A stretch of 64,000 nt of DNA from Polyangiaceae bacterium (GCA_044222475.1 JBGANF010000001.1:1-64000); one strand, 5' to 3'; counted from the first letter of the stretch, positions 1-10,147 are shown. Numbers and translations are program-made. Notes: generated by a model not told the origin, from the letters alone.

Positions 1-1596
1 GTCCAGATGACCGGCGGGGGAAGCTTGGGACATACCAGGCTGAACGAGCGCCGGATCTTCGTGACCCCGCTCCCCATCCTGCGAGGCGAGCAGTTCGGTC
101 GCGAGATCGTCGAGGGGCTGATCCTCCACGAGTACGGACATCACTTGTACCACAAAGGTACGGGGGCGACCGCGATCTGGGACGAAGCACAGAAGGCCGG
201 CCTTCACGGCGTGTTGAACCTCGTCGCCGACGAGCACCTCGAGCGAAACCTCCGCGCGATGGACGCGAGCTACGGCGACCGACTCAAGCGGCTGGCGGCC
301 TACGCGTTCCAGCACACCGCGCGCGAGATCGAGGTCGACAAGGTGATCGGCCACCTCGGTGGGCGCGCGTTCGCGGTGCTGTCGAAGACGACGCTCGGCG
401 TCGCGCGCGACCCGGCGTCCGTCGTGGTCGAGAGCGGGGAGCTCCTGTCGCTGATGGAGCGATCGGGCATGGCGTTCTCGCGGTTCGTCCGCGCGCTGCG
501 CATGGGACTGGGGAACCGCCACGACGACCCGCGCGTGGAGCGAGCGCTCGAGCTGTTCCGCGGCCCGAAATTCCGTCAGTCCGAGATGAAGGACCTCTGG
601 GCGATCACCAAGGAGCTCAAGGAGATCTTCGGCTGGGAGACCCAGCTCGTCGAGAGCTTCGGCCCTCACGAGTCGCTCGAGCAAGGCAGCTCCGAGGACA
701 TCATCTGGGGCGAGGGCATCACGCAAGAGGAGATCGAGCGCGAGGTCGAGCGCGTGCTCGATCCCAAGACCGAGGGTCGCGATCCTGGGACGACGGGGAA
801 ACCGGGTCGTCCGTGGCTCAACATCAATCCGAAGAGCGACTTCGATCGCATCGGCGTCGTGGAGAAGCTCCCGTTCGATCCGGCGGAGCACGCGAAGCTC
901 GCCGCGCGGGTGCAACGGCCGGCGGCGCTGATGCGGAAGTACCTCGAGGACCTCGGCATGCGCCTCGTCGCGCAGCGGATGCGGCTCTCCGGCTTTCGAG
1001 TGGACCGCGCTCGGCTGAAGCCGCTCGTCCTCCGCGGAGACCCGCGCGCGCTGATGGCGCGCTCGCGACAGACCAAGTCGGATCTCTTCCTCGGGATCAT
1101 CGTCGATTGCTCCGGCTCGATGTCCACGCGCGACAACATGGAGCGTGCGCGGCTCTTCGCGGCGCTCCTCGCCGAGGCGGCGCGCGGCTTGCCCGGCGTG
1201 GACTTCCGCGCGTTCGGCTTCACCGATCGCGTCATCTACGACGCCGGTGACGCGAACCGCTGCTCCGCCCACGCGCTCCGAGCCGGCGGCGGCAACAACG
1301 ACGCGGCCGGGCTCTTCCACGTCGCCAACGTCGCCAAGGCGAGCAAGCGCAAGGCGAAGCTGCTCGTGATGATCTCGGACGGCCTCCCGACGGAGTGCAC
1401 GGTCGCCGCGCTCCGCGAGCTCGTCGCGACGCTCGGCTCGCGCGAGCGGATGGTCTGCGCGCAGGCCGCGGTGCAGCCGTTGGCCGAGGTCTGCTTCCCC
1501 AACTACGTGGTGCTCAACGACGCGAGCATCGAAGTGACGGTGAACAAGTTCGGACAAGTCGTGGCACGGTTGGTCCAGCGTGCGCTCTCCATGTGA
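1..1596 (+). CDS. VWA-domain protein with N-terminal HEXXH (metallopeptidase-like) region, MoxR partner; probably 5'-truncated by the window edge
   Basis: HEYGH motif; MIDAS DCSGS plus ISDG; frame is open from base 1; directly upstream of a MoxR-type AAA ATPase. Confidence 0.8.
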   Translation, partial: VQMTGGGSLGHTRLNERRIFVTPLPILRGEQFGREIVEGLILHEYGHHLYHKGTGATAIWDEAQKAGLHGVLNLVADEHLERNLRAMDASYGDRLKRLAAYAFQHTAREIEVDKVIGHLGGRAFAVLSKTTLGVARDPASVVVESGELLSLMERSGMAFSRFVRALRMGLGNRHDDPRVERALELFRGPKFRQSEMKDLWAITKELKEIFGWETQLVESFGPHESLEQGSSEDIIWGEGITQEEIEREVERVLDPKTEGRDPGTTGKPGRPWLNINPKSDFDRIGVVEKLPFDPAEHAKLAARVQRPAALMRKYLEDLGMRLVAQRMRLSGFRVDRARLKPLVLRGDPRALMARSRQTKSDLFLGIIVDCSGSMSTRDNMERARLFAALLAEAARGLPGVDFRAFGFTDRVIYDAGDANRCSAHALRAGGGNNDAAGLFHVANVAKASKRKAKLLVMISDGLPTECTVAALRELVATLGSRERMVCAQAAVQPLAEVCFPNYVVLNDASIEVTVNKFGQVVARLVQRALSM

Positions 1597-1608
1597 GGAA
1601 AAAAGGTC

Positions 1609-2724
1609 ATGACGGGAAAGCTCGAGATCGAGGAGATCAAGGTCGGTGCGGTGATGGAGGCGACGTTCTGGGCGAACCCGGTCGAAGACTCGGGGTTTCG
1701 CTTCCGCGCGACGCACCTGGACGGCAAGCGCGCGCCCAAGGTCGTCCTCTGCGACGACGCCAGGGTGCAGCCCGGAGTGCCGTGCATGGTCCGGATCACG
1801 GCGGTGAAGAAGCCCGAGCGCGACGACCGCGGCACGATCGAGGTCGAGTTCGTGCGCACCCAGGAGTTCAAGCTCGAAGGCGTCTACCTGGACCCGATGG
1901 TCGCGAAGAAGCTCCAGGTCGCGCTGGAGAGCGGGCTCAACATCCTGCTCGACGGCCCGCAGGGCTGCGGCAAGACGGTGCTCGCGCGCACCATCGCGAA
2001 GCAGCTCGGCTTCGAGTTCGTGTTCTTCAACTGCGGCGCGGTCGTCGAGGCGACCGATTTTCTCGCGTCGATCCACGTCCGCGCGTCGGAGAGCGGCGCG
2101 CCGGTGACCGACTTCGTCAAGACCGACATCCTGAACGCGCTCGAAGGTGCGATCGACAACCCCAGGCGCCGGTACCTCGTGTTCCTCGACGAGTTCAACC
2201 GCTGCCAGGAGAGCGCGCGCAACGCGCTGATGCCGGCGCTCGACTCGACGCGACGGGTGTTCCATCCGATCAAGAACACGTTCATCGCGATCCCGGACAA
2301 CGTGCAGTTCATCGCGGCGGTGAACCGCGGCGCGGAGTTCTCCGGCACGTTCGGGATCGACGCGGCCCAGCTCGACCGCTTCGCGCCGCTGCAGATGGAC
2401 TACCCGCCGGAAGAAGAAGAGGTGAAGCTCCTTGTGGCGCGCCACCCGGAGATCGGCAAAGGCATCATCGAGGAGATCGTCGCGCTGGCGAACGCGGTGA
2501 GGCGAGCGCCGGAGCTGCGCGCGAGCCTGTCGGTGCGCGCGACCGACGAGGCGTGTGTCTACCTCAAGCACCCGCTCTTCGAGGGGGACCAGCGGAGGAT
2601 GCTGCCGGAGGTGCTGAAGAGCTCCTTCTGCGGGAGGTTCAGCGGTAGGTTCGACGACATCAACTCGGACGCGGGGGCGGCGTGGACGGTGATTCAGAAG
2701 GCGCAGAAAGAACGGAAGAGTTGA
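1609..2724 (+). CDS. MoxR/CbbQ-NirQ-like AAA+ ATPase with an extra N-terminal beta-rich domain
   Basis: Walker A GPQGCGKT, Walker B VFLDEFNR, AAVN sensor, LDRF arginine finger, SVR sensor II; GAGG RBS. Confidence 0.88.
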   Translation: MTGKLEIEEIKVGAVMEATFWANPVEDSGFRFRATHLDGKRAPKVVLCDDARVQPGVPCMVRITAVKKPERDDRGTIEVEFVRTQEFKLEGVYLDPMVAKKLQVALESGLNILLDGPQGCGKTVLARTIAKQLGFEFVFFNCGAVVEATDFLASIHVRASESGAPVTDFVKTDILNALEGAIDNPRRRYLVFLDEFNRCQESARNALMPALDSTRRVFHPIKNTFIAIPDNVQFIAAVNRGAEFSGTFGIDAAQLDRFAPLQMDYPPEEEEVKLLVARHPEIGKGIIEEIVALANAVRRAPELRASLSVRATDEACVYLKHPLFEGDQRRMLPEVLKSSFCGRFSGRFDDINSDAGAAWTVIQKAQKERKS

Positions 2725-4541
2725 GCGGCACGGAGCCGAACGAGAAGCCACCGGAGTACGCGCGACTCGCGAAGCTGGCGAGAAACTGGATGCTCGTCGG
2801 CGCGGTGATGGGTGTCGCCGCGATCTGGCTCTTCGCCAACTCGGCGCCGATCGCTCCGGCGATGGGCGTGTGCGCTCTCGGTGTCGGCGGGATGGGCCTC
2901 TGGATGCGCCAGCGCAACGGCGCTGCGAGTGTGGTCAACGCCGCGTTTCAACGGATTCAGCAAGGCCGCTTCGACGAAGCGGAGGCGATGCTGGCGAGCG
3001 CGGAGCGCTCCGTCTCCACGGGACAAGTCCGCGCGGTCATCGCCCTCCAGCGCGCGCAGATCGCGCTCTCGACGTCGCGCCTCGTGGACGTTCGACGCCA
3101 CGCCGACGACGGATACTCGGCGCTCGCGCGGTTCGCGCTCACTCAGCATTCGCGGATGCTCCGAGCACACGCGCTCGGGCTTCGCGGTTTTGCCGAGATG
3201 AGCCTCGGCCACGTCGAGGCCGCCGGTGCCGACGCCGCACGCGCCGAGGCGGATCCGAACGCATCGCCGGACACCGTCGCCGTCGCGCGCTTGGTCCACG
3301 CGATGGCACTGTCGCGCGCCGAGCGGCTCGAGGAGCTTGCTGCCCATCTCCGCGCGAACGGTGAGCTTCTACACGAGTACACCCCGACGCGCATGCGCGC
3401 GGTCGTACGCGGTCTCGAGAAGCGAGTCCGCGCGCGCAAGGTCTCGGCGTACCGCGATCCAGCGCAGCCGGAGGACGCGAAGCGCACCGGGCTCGACGAA
3501 TGGGTGAGCGCCGTCGCGCCCGAAGCGCCGACCACGTCGAAGAGGGAGTACGCGCCGCAGGCCCGCAGCCTCGCAGTGCCTGAGGTGAAGAGCGCGATCG
3601 GTGCGGCGAAGACGGCGAGCAAGGGTACGCTTCCGTGGAAACGCGTCCTCGTGCTGTGGACGGTCGTGATTCTCCTCTTCCTGTTCATCTGGCACCTGCT
3701 CCGGCCGACGGTCGATGGCCCCATCGTCGAGATCGAGAGCGACGCTGTGCGATGGGTGATGGGCGCCGCGATCGCGCTCGTCATCGTCTTCACGACCATC
3801 ACCGTCGTCGTCCTGAGGCAGGTCAGGCCTGCTCGCGCCTTGGTCGCGGCGCAGCGCGCGGCGGCCCTCGGCGATCGCAAGGGCGCGCGCGCCAAGCTCG
3901 AGAGCGTGAGCCGCAGCAGCGTCGTCGTGACCACTCGCGCAGCCGCTCTGCTGCAGCTCGCGAAGCTCGACTACCACGAGGCGAAGTTCGGTGGCGCGGT
4001 GGCGCACGCCGAAGCCGGCACTGCGCTCTGCGAGTCCGCGCCAGCCTCAACCGAGGTTCTGCTCATGCCGCGGCTTGTCGGCGCGCTCGCGGTCGCACGG
4101 GCCGCGTTCGGTGACACCGATGGGGCAAAGCACCAACTCACGAGGCTCGTCCACGACCACGGTGGGTTCTCGCTCCTCCCGTCGATTCGCTTGCGTGTCC
4201 TTCTTCTGTGCGCCGTACGGATGCGCGACTTCGATGGTGCAGCGAAGGTCCTCGAGGAGCGTACGGCCGAGATGACGTTGACTCGCGCAGAGGAGCTCGT
4301 CGCGGACCTCGTGCTCGCGCGCCACGGCGCCGACCGCGACGAGGCCGCGCGCATCGCCGACGAGCTGCGCGAGAACCCGGAGGTGCGCGCCTGGATCGAG
4401 GCGGTCGCTCCGGATCTCGTGAAAGCGACCGCAACCCTGCGCGTCCCCGAAGAGACCGCTGCCGCAGAAGACCAGGCGGAGCGCGAAGATCAGGAAGAGC
4501 GGGAGTCGAACCTCACCGCGGCCGCTCGTCGACCCGGATGA
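2721..4541 (+). CDS. Membrane protein with two (2xTM + TPR-like helical) modules
   Basis: Two hydrophobic hairpins, each followed by Ala/Leu-rich helical repeats; TTG start at 2721 overlaps the AAA stop (ORF track starts at 2682). Confidence 0.65.
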   Translation: MSGTEPNEKPPEYARLAKLARNWMLVGAVMGVAAIWLFANSAPIAPAMGVCALGVGGMGLWMRQRNGAASVVNAAFQRIQQGRFDEAEAMLASAERSVSTGQVRAVIALQRAQIALSTSRLVDVRRHADDGYSALARFALTQHSRMLRAHALGLRGFAEMSLGHVEAAGADAARAEADPNASPDTVAVARLVHAMALSRAERLEELAAHLRANGELLHEYTPTRMRAVVRGLEKRVRARKVSAYRDPAQPEDAKRTGLDEWVSAVAPEAPTTSKREYAPQARSLAVPEVKSAIGAAKTASKGTLPWKRVLVLWTVVILLFLFIWHLLRPTVDGPIVEIESDAVRWVMGAAIALVIVFTTITVVVLRQVRPARALVAAQRAAALGDRKGARAKLESVSRSSVVVTTRAAALLQLAKLDYHEAKFGGAVAHAEAGTALCESAPASTEVLLMPRLVGALAVARAAFGDTDGAKHQLTRLVHDHGGFSLLPSIRLRVLLLCAVRMRDFDGAAKVLEERTAEMTLTRAEELVADLVLARHGADRDEAARIADELRENPEVRAWIEAVAPDLVKATATLRVPEETAAAEDQAEREDQEERESNLTAAARRPG

Positions 4542-5175
4542 GCCCGTGCGTTCGCCACCCTACTCCCCCGAGCCACGTCCTCGCCACGACGGTCGGCGGC
4601 TCCGCGGACGATGGTGCGCGGTGTGCGAAGCCGTCGAACCACTGAGCTGACGAGAAGCGATCGATGCCGCTGAGCCTCACCCCGTGTTTCTTCGCGTTCA
4701 TCAGCACGTAGACGATCGCGTTGCGCACCTCGCGCGGGGTCCGCAGAGCGTGAGCGTGATAGCGCTCGCCCCACACGCGCCCGTGCACCCCTAAGACGCG
4801 GTTCACCGCGCGCGCGAGGCGCGTGTTCAAGCCGCGCATGCCGCGCGACAGCGACTCCTTGTCATGCGCTTCCACGATGAGGTGCACGTGGTTCGTCTGC
4901 ACCGAGAAATGCACGATGCGGAACGATCTCCCGAGGATCGGCGAGCGACCCGACGCCGCGATCGCCTCGCGGACGGCCGACGCGATCGCCTCTTCGCGAA
5001 ACGACGGCAGCCCCGCCCGCGCGCGCACGGTGACGTGGACCGGATGGCTCGCGCGATGGGACGGCCGCGCGACGTGGCGCACCTTCGGCCGCGCGCCGGG
5101 CTTTCGTCCGGCACCGGGACGAGCGCCCCCCCATGTGCGCTGGCGAAGCCTCAGCTCGAGCTGCTCGCCCTTCAT
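4513..5175 (-). mobile_element. REP-associated tyrosine transposase (RAYT, Y1 HUH / IS200-like)
   Basis: PVHVT, HUH motif NHVHLIVEA, catalytic Tyr in NAIVYVLMN, D(R)FSS motif, N-terminal WGGARPGAGRKP; start set at ATG 5175, downstream of the promoter. Confidence 0.85.
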
Positions 5176-5188
5176 CTTGATTGAGGCA

Positions 5189-5217
5189 ATCATATGTCGT
5201 GAAGCCCGGGCGGTCAA
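5189..5217 (-). promoter_or_regulatory. sigma70-type promoter of the RAYT gene
   Basis: TTGACC-17 nt-TATGAT on the minus strand. Confidence 0.7.
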
Positions 5218-5256
5218 CCGCTACCCGTCGTCGACTGGGCGTGAAATACTCCGCGC

Positions 5257-6069
5257 ATGGGCCGCCCGGACCCCCTCGAGACAGCCTGGGAGCGCTGGAT
5301 GCTCGGCGACCGGCCGGACAGCATCCGCTTTGCCGACGAGGTGCTCCGACTCGCGTCGCGCGGTCGCGTGTGTCGCATGCGCGCGGACGGGACCCTCGTC
5401 CGATTCGGTGATTCGACGACGGAGAGCGTCGTCGACGCCGGGGCCACGTCGAAGGTTCGCAACGTCTGCGCCCGCCTCGCGGTCGTCCTGGGCGCCGCAG
5501 GCGAGGACCCGCCGAGCCTGTCCGGCGGAAGCCTGACGAAGCGTCTCACCGCGGACGACCAGACGTTCACCTGCTTGCTCGAATTTCGCAACGCGCCGGG
5601 GGACGTTTGGTTCCGCCTCTCCAGCCCTTTCGGCGATGCGCTCGCACGGGCCGACGCAGCGGCGCACGGGGACCTGACGCGTCTCGATCCCGTCGCGAGG
5701 GTGGTGCGCTTGGTTTCGACGCTCGAGTTCGAGCTCGCCCTTGGTGGCGCGCAGGGTTGGCTCTCCAACTCCAGCGGTCGCTACGCCATCGAAACGGTCG
5801 ATGCAATGGAGACCATCGGTGCGCACCGCTGCGCCGATCTCGTTCGACGGATCGTCGAGTCGTTCCCCGAACGCCCCGCGCGCGACGACGTTCGACGCGC
5901 CGAACAAGTCGCCGCCGTCGCCCCTGCGCTGAACGCGCAGTGGGGTTCACTCGTCGACCAACTTCTCGCGTGGCCAGACGACGTCGGCACTCTGCTCCCC
6001 GCCTACGTCGAGCGATCGTCCGACCTCACATGTACAGCCGCTGAAACGCGTGCTCCGCGATCGACATGA
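5257..6069 (+). CDS. Hypothetical protein with C-terminal DUF4375/DMP19-like domain
   Basis: ELALGGAQGWLSNSSG...AMETIGA resembles the EvxNGGfxqyfxNssG...LxxIGA signature. Confidence 0.55.
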   Translation: MGRPDPLETAWERWMLGDRPDSIRFADEVLRLASRGRVCRMRADGTLVRFGDSTTESVVDAGATSKVRNVCARLAVVLGAAGEDPPSLSGGSLTKRLTADDQTFTCLLEFRNAPGDVWFRLSSPFGDALARADAAAHGDLTRLDPVARVVRLVSTLEFELALGGAQGWLSNSSGRYAIETVDAMETIGAHRCADLVRRIVESFPERPARDDVRRAEQVAAVAPALNAQWGSLVDQLLAWPDDVGTLLPAYVERSSDLTCTAAETRAPRST

Positions 6070-6430
6070 GCGCCCACGCGCGCCCCATCGCGTCGCCTTC
6101 GTCGGACAGCGCGCGCTCGATCAACGACGGACGCACACGCGGCGAGATCACTCCGCGCTCTCGCAGCGCAGCGAGCTTCACCGCGAGGCTCTGCTCGCGC
6201 CGCACGCCTTGCTCTTCGGCGAGGTATCCGAGCAGCCACTCGAGCGTCTCGCTCGCGAGCGCCGGCGCGTTCTTGCGAATGGCGGAACGAGCCTCCAGGT
6301 AGCCGCCGTACACGCGGATCGGTACTCCCGTCGGCCGAGCGCCCTTCGCCGCAGCGTCATGGATCGCCACGCACGACGCGCAGGCGCAACCCGAGCTCAA
6401 CCCCGTGCACGCGACGACGACCTCGCCCAT
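6026..6430 (-). CDS. Hypothetical protein
   Basis: ATG ORF filling the gap between neighbours; no recognisable motif. Confidence 0.4.
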   Translation of the reverse strand: MGEVVVACTGLSSGCACASCVAIHDAAAKGARPTGVPIRVYGGYLEARSAIRKNAPALASETLEWLLGYLAEEQGVRREQSLAVKLAALRERGVISPRVRPSLIERALSDEGDAMGRAWALMSIAEHAFQRLYM

Positions 6431-6475
6431 GCAAGGAGGTTAGCGCTCGATCGGGCCGACGTGTAGCCTCGCGGC

Positions 6476-7471
6476 ATGCGAATCGTGATGATCGCAGTGG
6501 TCGCGCTGAGCGCGGCGGGGTGCAGGGGAAAGACGGAGCCGGAGCCGAAGCCGGCTCCGCCGAAGGTGGAGGCGCTCGTCGGCACCGAGGGCCTCGACCT
6601 CGCAACCTCGTCCGTGACGGACCCGGCCCCCGCGGCGAAGGGCTACCCCAACCGCATCGTGGCCTACGACGCCACGCGCGGGCTGGTCGTCGATGGTCAG
6701 GTGGTGCTCCCACCTCCCGCGGCGCCGACCACCGACGGCTTCGACGCGAAAGACAAGCGCGGCGGCAAGAACGATCTCTTCGTCACCGCGCTCGGGGCCG
6801 CGCTCGCGGCGAAGCCGTCGAAGACGGCGCTCGTCGCGTTCGAAGCGTCGACGCCCTACGCGATCGTCGTACCGATCGCCTTCACGCTCGGACAGAGCGA
6901 GGTCTCGACCTTCGATCTCCTGGTGAAGGCCGCGAGCGGCGAGCGCCGGGTGTGGCGGCTGACCCTTCCACAAGTACTCACGTCACGCCGCTGCGATCCC
7001 ACCGGGGGCAAGCACTTCCGCGCGGACGCGCTGGCGATGCAGATGGAGATGCTCGCCGCCTTCGGCGCCGGCGACGCGAGCGCCCTCCCACCGTCTCCGA
7101 CACCCACCAAGGCCCCGCCCCCGCCTCCTCCGTTCCTCCCGCTCGCGAAGCGCGATGCGCTCTGCCTCACCATGGTCGCGCAGAGCACCGGCGTGACCGT
7201 CCGTTCGGGTCTCGACCGCCTCGATGCGACATGCATTGCGCTGGCTGAACGCGGCGACGCAGGGAACAACGCACCAGGGGTGGGGTCGTTCCCGCTCTCG
7301 GCGCTCGGCAAGTGCACCGCCGCGCTCAAAGCCACGTTCCCTCCGGAGGCGATCGGATCGATCACCGTGACGTTCGCCCGCGAGACTCCGTGGCGCCACG
7401 TCGTCGGGGCGCTCGACGCAGCGGGCCCACCCTCGGGGTTCGAGACGCCGAGCCTCGGGCTTCCGATGTGA
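6476..7471 (+). CDS. Lipoprotein with two ExbD/TolR-like periplasmic segments
   Basis: Lipobox SAAGC; segments VAFEASTPYAIVVPIAFTL and VTFARETPWRHVVGALDA resemble ExbD C-domains. Confidence 0.55.
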   Translation: MRIVMIAVVALSAAGCRGKTEPEPKPAPPKVEALVGTEGLDLATSSVTDPAPAAKGYPNRIVAYDATRGLVVDGQVVLPPPAAPTTDGFDAKDKRGGKNDLFVTALGAALAAKPSKTALVAFEASTPYAIVVPIAFTLGQSEVSTFDLLVKAASGERRVWRLTLPQVLTSRRCDPTGGKHFRADALAMQMEMLAAFGAGDASALPPSPTPTKAPPPPPPFLPLAKRDALCLTMVAQSTGVTVRSGLDRLDATCIALAERGDAGNNAPGVGSFPLSALGKCTAALKATFPPEAIGSITVTFARETPWRHVVGALDAAGPPSGFETPSLGLPM

Positions 7472-7476
7472 GGCGG

Positions 7477-8490
7477 CTACGTGAGCCCGACCGCTTCCCT
7501 CACCTTCGCCATGATCGGCGCCGCGATCGCGCGCGCCCTCTCCGCGCCGTCCTTCAGCACCCCGTCGACGAACGCCGTGTCCGCTTCGAGCTCCGCGCGC
7601 CGCTTGCGCGCGTCGTCGAACTTCGCGTGGAACAGCTCCACGAGCTGCACTTTGTAGTGCCCGTACCCCTTGCCGCCCTCGCGGTAGCTCTTGTCGATCT
7701 CGGCCATCTCCGCCTCGCTCGCGAAGAGCTTCAAGAGCGCGTGGATCGGGTTCGCCGCCGGATCCTTTGGTGACTCGACCGGGGTCGAGTCGCTCTTGAT
7801 CGACATGATCTTCTTCTTCGTCTCGGCGTCGCTCGCGAAGAGATCGATCGTGTTCGCGTAGCTCTTCGACATCTTCTGGCCGTCGAGCCCGGGGACGACC
7901 GCGGTGGACTCGTGGATGAGCGCGCGCGGCAGCTTCAAGATTCCTTGCACTTTACACGTTTTTGGATCCTCGTCCCGCTTCGGGTCGTAGCCGGGCACGT
8001 AGGCGAGGTTGAACTTCGTCGCGATGTCGCGCGTCATCTCGAGGTGCTGCGCCTGGTCCTTGCCGACCGGTACGGCGTCGGAGCCGTACAACAGGATGTC
8101 GGCCGCCATGAGCACGGGGTACGTGAACAGCCCGGCGTCGGGGCTGATGCCCTTCGCCGTCTTGTCCTTGAACGAGTGGGCACGCTCGAGCAGCCCCATC
8201 GGCGTGACGGTCGACAGGATCCAAAAGAGCTCCGGGATCTCCGGGATGTCGCTCTGGCGGAAGAGGATCGCCTTCTTGGGATCCAACCCGAGCGCCAGGT
8301 AGTCGAGGGCGACGTCTCGTGTCAGACCGCGGGCCTTCGCGGCGTCTCGAACCGTCGTCATCGCGTGGAGGTTCGCGATGAAATACAGGCCCTCGCCTTC
8401 GTGCTGGAGCTCGATGAACTGCCGGATGGCTCCGAAGTAGTTACCGATGTGGAGCTTTCCGGACGACTGAACGCCGCTGAGGATGCGCAT
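7477..8490 (-). CDS. trpS: Tryptophan--tRNA ligase
   Basis: HIGN motif, YPVLMAADIL, VPVGKDQ, KMSKS; true start MRILSG at 8490. Confidence 0.97.
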   Translation of the reverse strand: MRILSGVQSSGKLHIGNYFGAIRQFIELQHEGEGLYFIANLHAMTTVRDAAKARGLTRDVALDYLALGLDPKKAILFRQSDIPEIPELFWILSTVTPMGLLERAHSFKDKTAKGISPDAGLFTYPVLMAADILLYGSDAVPVGKDQAQHLEMTRDIATKFNLAYVPGYDPKRDEDPKTCKVQGILKLPRALIHESTAVVPGLDGQKMSKSYANTIDLFASDAETKKKIMSIKSDSTPVESPKDPAANPIHALLKLFASEAEMAEIDKSYREGGKGYGHYKVQLVELFHAKFDDARKRRAELEADTAFVDGVLKDGAERARAIAAPIMAKVREAVGLT

Positions 8491-8559
8491 CGAGGTATCC
8501 TTATCCCACACCGACGGCGTCTCGGGAACTTGCCGGACGCACCGCTGACCAAAGAGAAG

Positions 8560-9297
8560 ATGCACCGCCTTCGAGTCCCCGCGTTCGTCCTCTTCTCGCT
8601 GGCCGTCCACGGCGCGGTGGGAGTGGCGCTGTTCGCGCACCCGAAGGCCCCCGACCGCGATCCTCCGCCGCTCCTCGCCGGAGAAACGTTCGACCTCGCG
8701 GTCACCCAGGCGCCCGAGCCGGAGAAACAGGCCATCGTCCCGGTCCCCGCGGAGACGAGCACCACCGATCCCGGCGCGACCGCACCGAAGCCCACGCCCA
8801 CCGCCACCGCGCACCGGCCCGCCCCGCCCTCTCCCACGACGAACACCGGCACCGCCGAGACCAACGGCTCGGCGCTGACGTACGGAGCCGTCGGCGATCG
8901 GAGCGCCATCGACATCGCGGTCGCGTTCACCCGCTCGTTCGCCCAAGCGTCGAGCACCGACCCCTACTGGGACTCGGTACCCTTCGGAGACTACGGATCG
9001 ACGGACGTGACGTTCGTCCTCGCCGAAGACGGCAAGCTCGAGTCGTGGACCGCCGCGACCACGCCGAGCGTCGCGCTCACCCGCGCGATCGACAGCACCG
9101 TCGCCCTCATCAAGGGGCGCTCGTTCGTGGCCCTCGGCCGAACGACCAAGCTCCACGTCTCGGCCCGCATCTCGCCCGACGAAACGCACGATGGCCACTA
9201 CGCGGTCGGCGGGAGCTACGCCGGCGGCGAAGGCAACGCCTTCTTCGCTCTGCGAAGCGGCCGCCGCGTCGACGTCACCGTCCGCCCGACGCGCTGA
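8560..9297 (+). CDS. TonB/TolA-like energy transducer (TM, Pro/Thr-rich linker, TonB_C-like domain)
   Basis: TM helix with SxxxH (SLAVH), Pro/Thr spacer, VTFVLAEDGKL C-domain. Confidence 0.55.
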   Translation: MHRLRVPAFVLFSLAVHGAVGVALFAHPKAPDRDPPPLLAGETFDLAVTQAPEPEKQAIVPVPAETSTTDPGATAPKPTPTATAHRPAPPSPTTNTGTAETNGSALTYGAVGDRSAIDIAVAFTRSFAQASSTDPYWDSVPFGDYGSTDVTFVLAEDGKLESWTAATTPSVALTRAIDSTVALIKGRSFVALGRTTKLHVSARISPDETHDGHYAVGGSYAGGEGNAFFALRSGRRVDVTVRPTR

Positions 9298-9303
9298 AGC
9301 CGC

Positions 9304-10104
9304 TCATCCGCGCGAACGGATCGCGAGCTCGATCGCCTCGCTCGCGCCGCCGTCGTCGACGTGACCGACGCGATGCTTCGCCACCGCATGGATCTCCGGC
9401 TCGGCGTTCGCCATCGCGACCGGCCAACCGACCGTCTCGAGCGCTTCGCGGTCGTTCCCGCTGTCCCCGACGTGCATCACGTCGTCGAGCGAGATCGCGT
9501 AGTCCTCGGCGATCGCGCGGATCGCGCTCGCCTTGCTCACGCCGCGGGCGGTGAGGTTCACGAATCGAATCCCCGGCATCACCGGCGACGTGGACGACAC
9601 CATCTCGAGCCCCTCGTGCGGCTCCGCCAAGACGACCGCGAGCGTCTCGTCGTCGACGAGCCACTGCGCGCGCACCACGTCGCCCTCCAGCGCATTCAGC
9701 GTCCGCGGCTCATAGGAAACGCCGAGCAGCCCGGCGTGAGCACGAGCCAGACCTTCGTCGCCTTCGCTCGCCCAACTGCCGTCGGTGTAGAGCTCGAGGC
9801 ACCGACCGTGACGGATGCGTCGCTCCACGAGCTCGCGCACGACGGCCTTCGGCATCGGCGTCGACTTGGTCGCCCCGCGACCGACGTCGACCACGCTCGC
9901 GCCGTTCTGGAACACGTGCCACGTCGACGGGTCCAGGCGATGCGCGTGCTCGCGCGTGGTTCCGAACGCGGGGCGCCCCGAGGCGATCGCGAGCCGAACA
10001 CCCAGCGCCCGCGCGCGCTCGGCCGCTGCCCACACCTTGGGAGACACCACGCCGGACGAGCCGACGAGGGTCCCGTCGACGTCGATCGTGACGAGTCGAA
10101 CCAT
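9304..10104 (-). CDS. Cof-type HAD-IIB hydrolase
   Basis: DVDGTL, ASGR, GVSKA, GDSGND, AMANA. Confidence 0.92.
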   Translation of the reverse strand: MVRLVTIDVDGTLVGSSGVVSPKVWAAAERARALGVRLAIASGRPAFGTTREHAHRLDPSTWHVFQNGASVVDVGRGATKSTPMPKAVVRELVERRIRHGRCLELYTDGSWASEGDEGLARAHAGLLGVSYEPRTLNALEGDVVRAQWLVDDETLAVVLAEPHEGLEMVSSTSPVMPGIRFVNLTARGVSKASAIRAIAEDYAISLDDVMHVGDSGNDREALETVGWPVAMANAEPEIHAVAKHRVGHVDDGGASEAIELAIRSRG

Positions 10105-10147
10105 CGCTCGGCACCTTACTCATGTTCGGCTACCGTGGCTCGCTCAG

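Noticed and set aside
4513..5217. IS200/IS605 element with tnpB
   Set aside because: No tnpB and no subterminal IS hairpins; the motifs fit RAYT better
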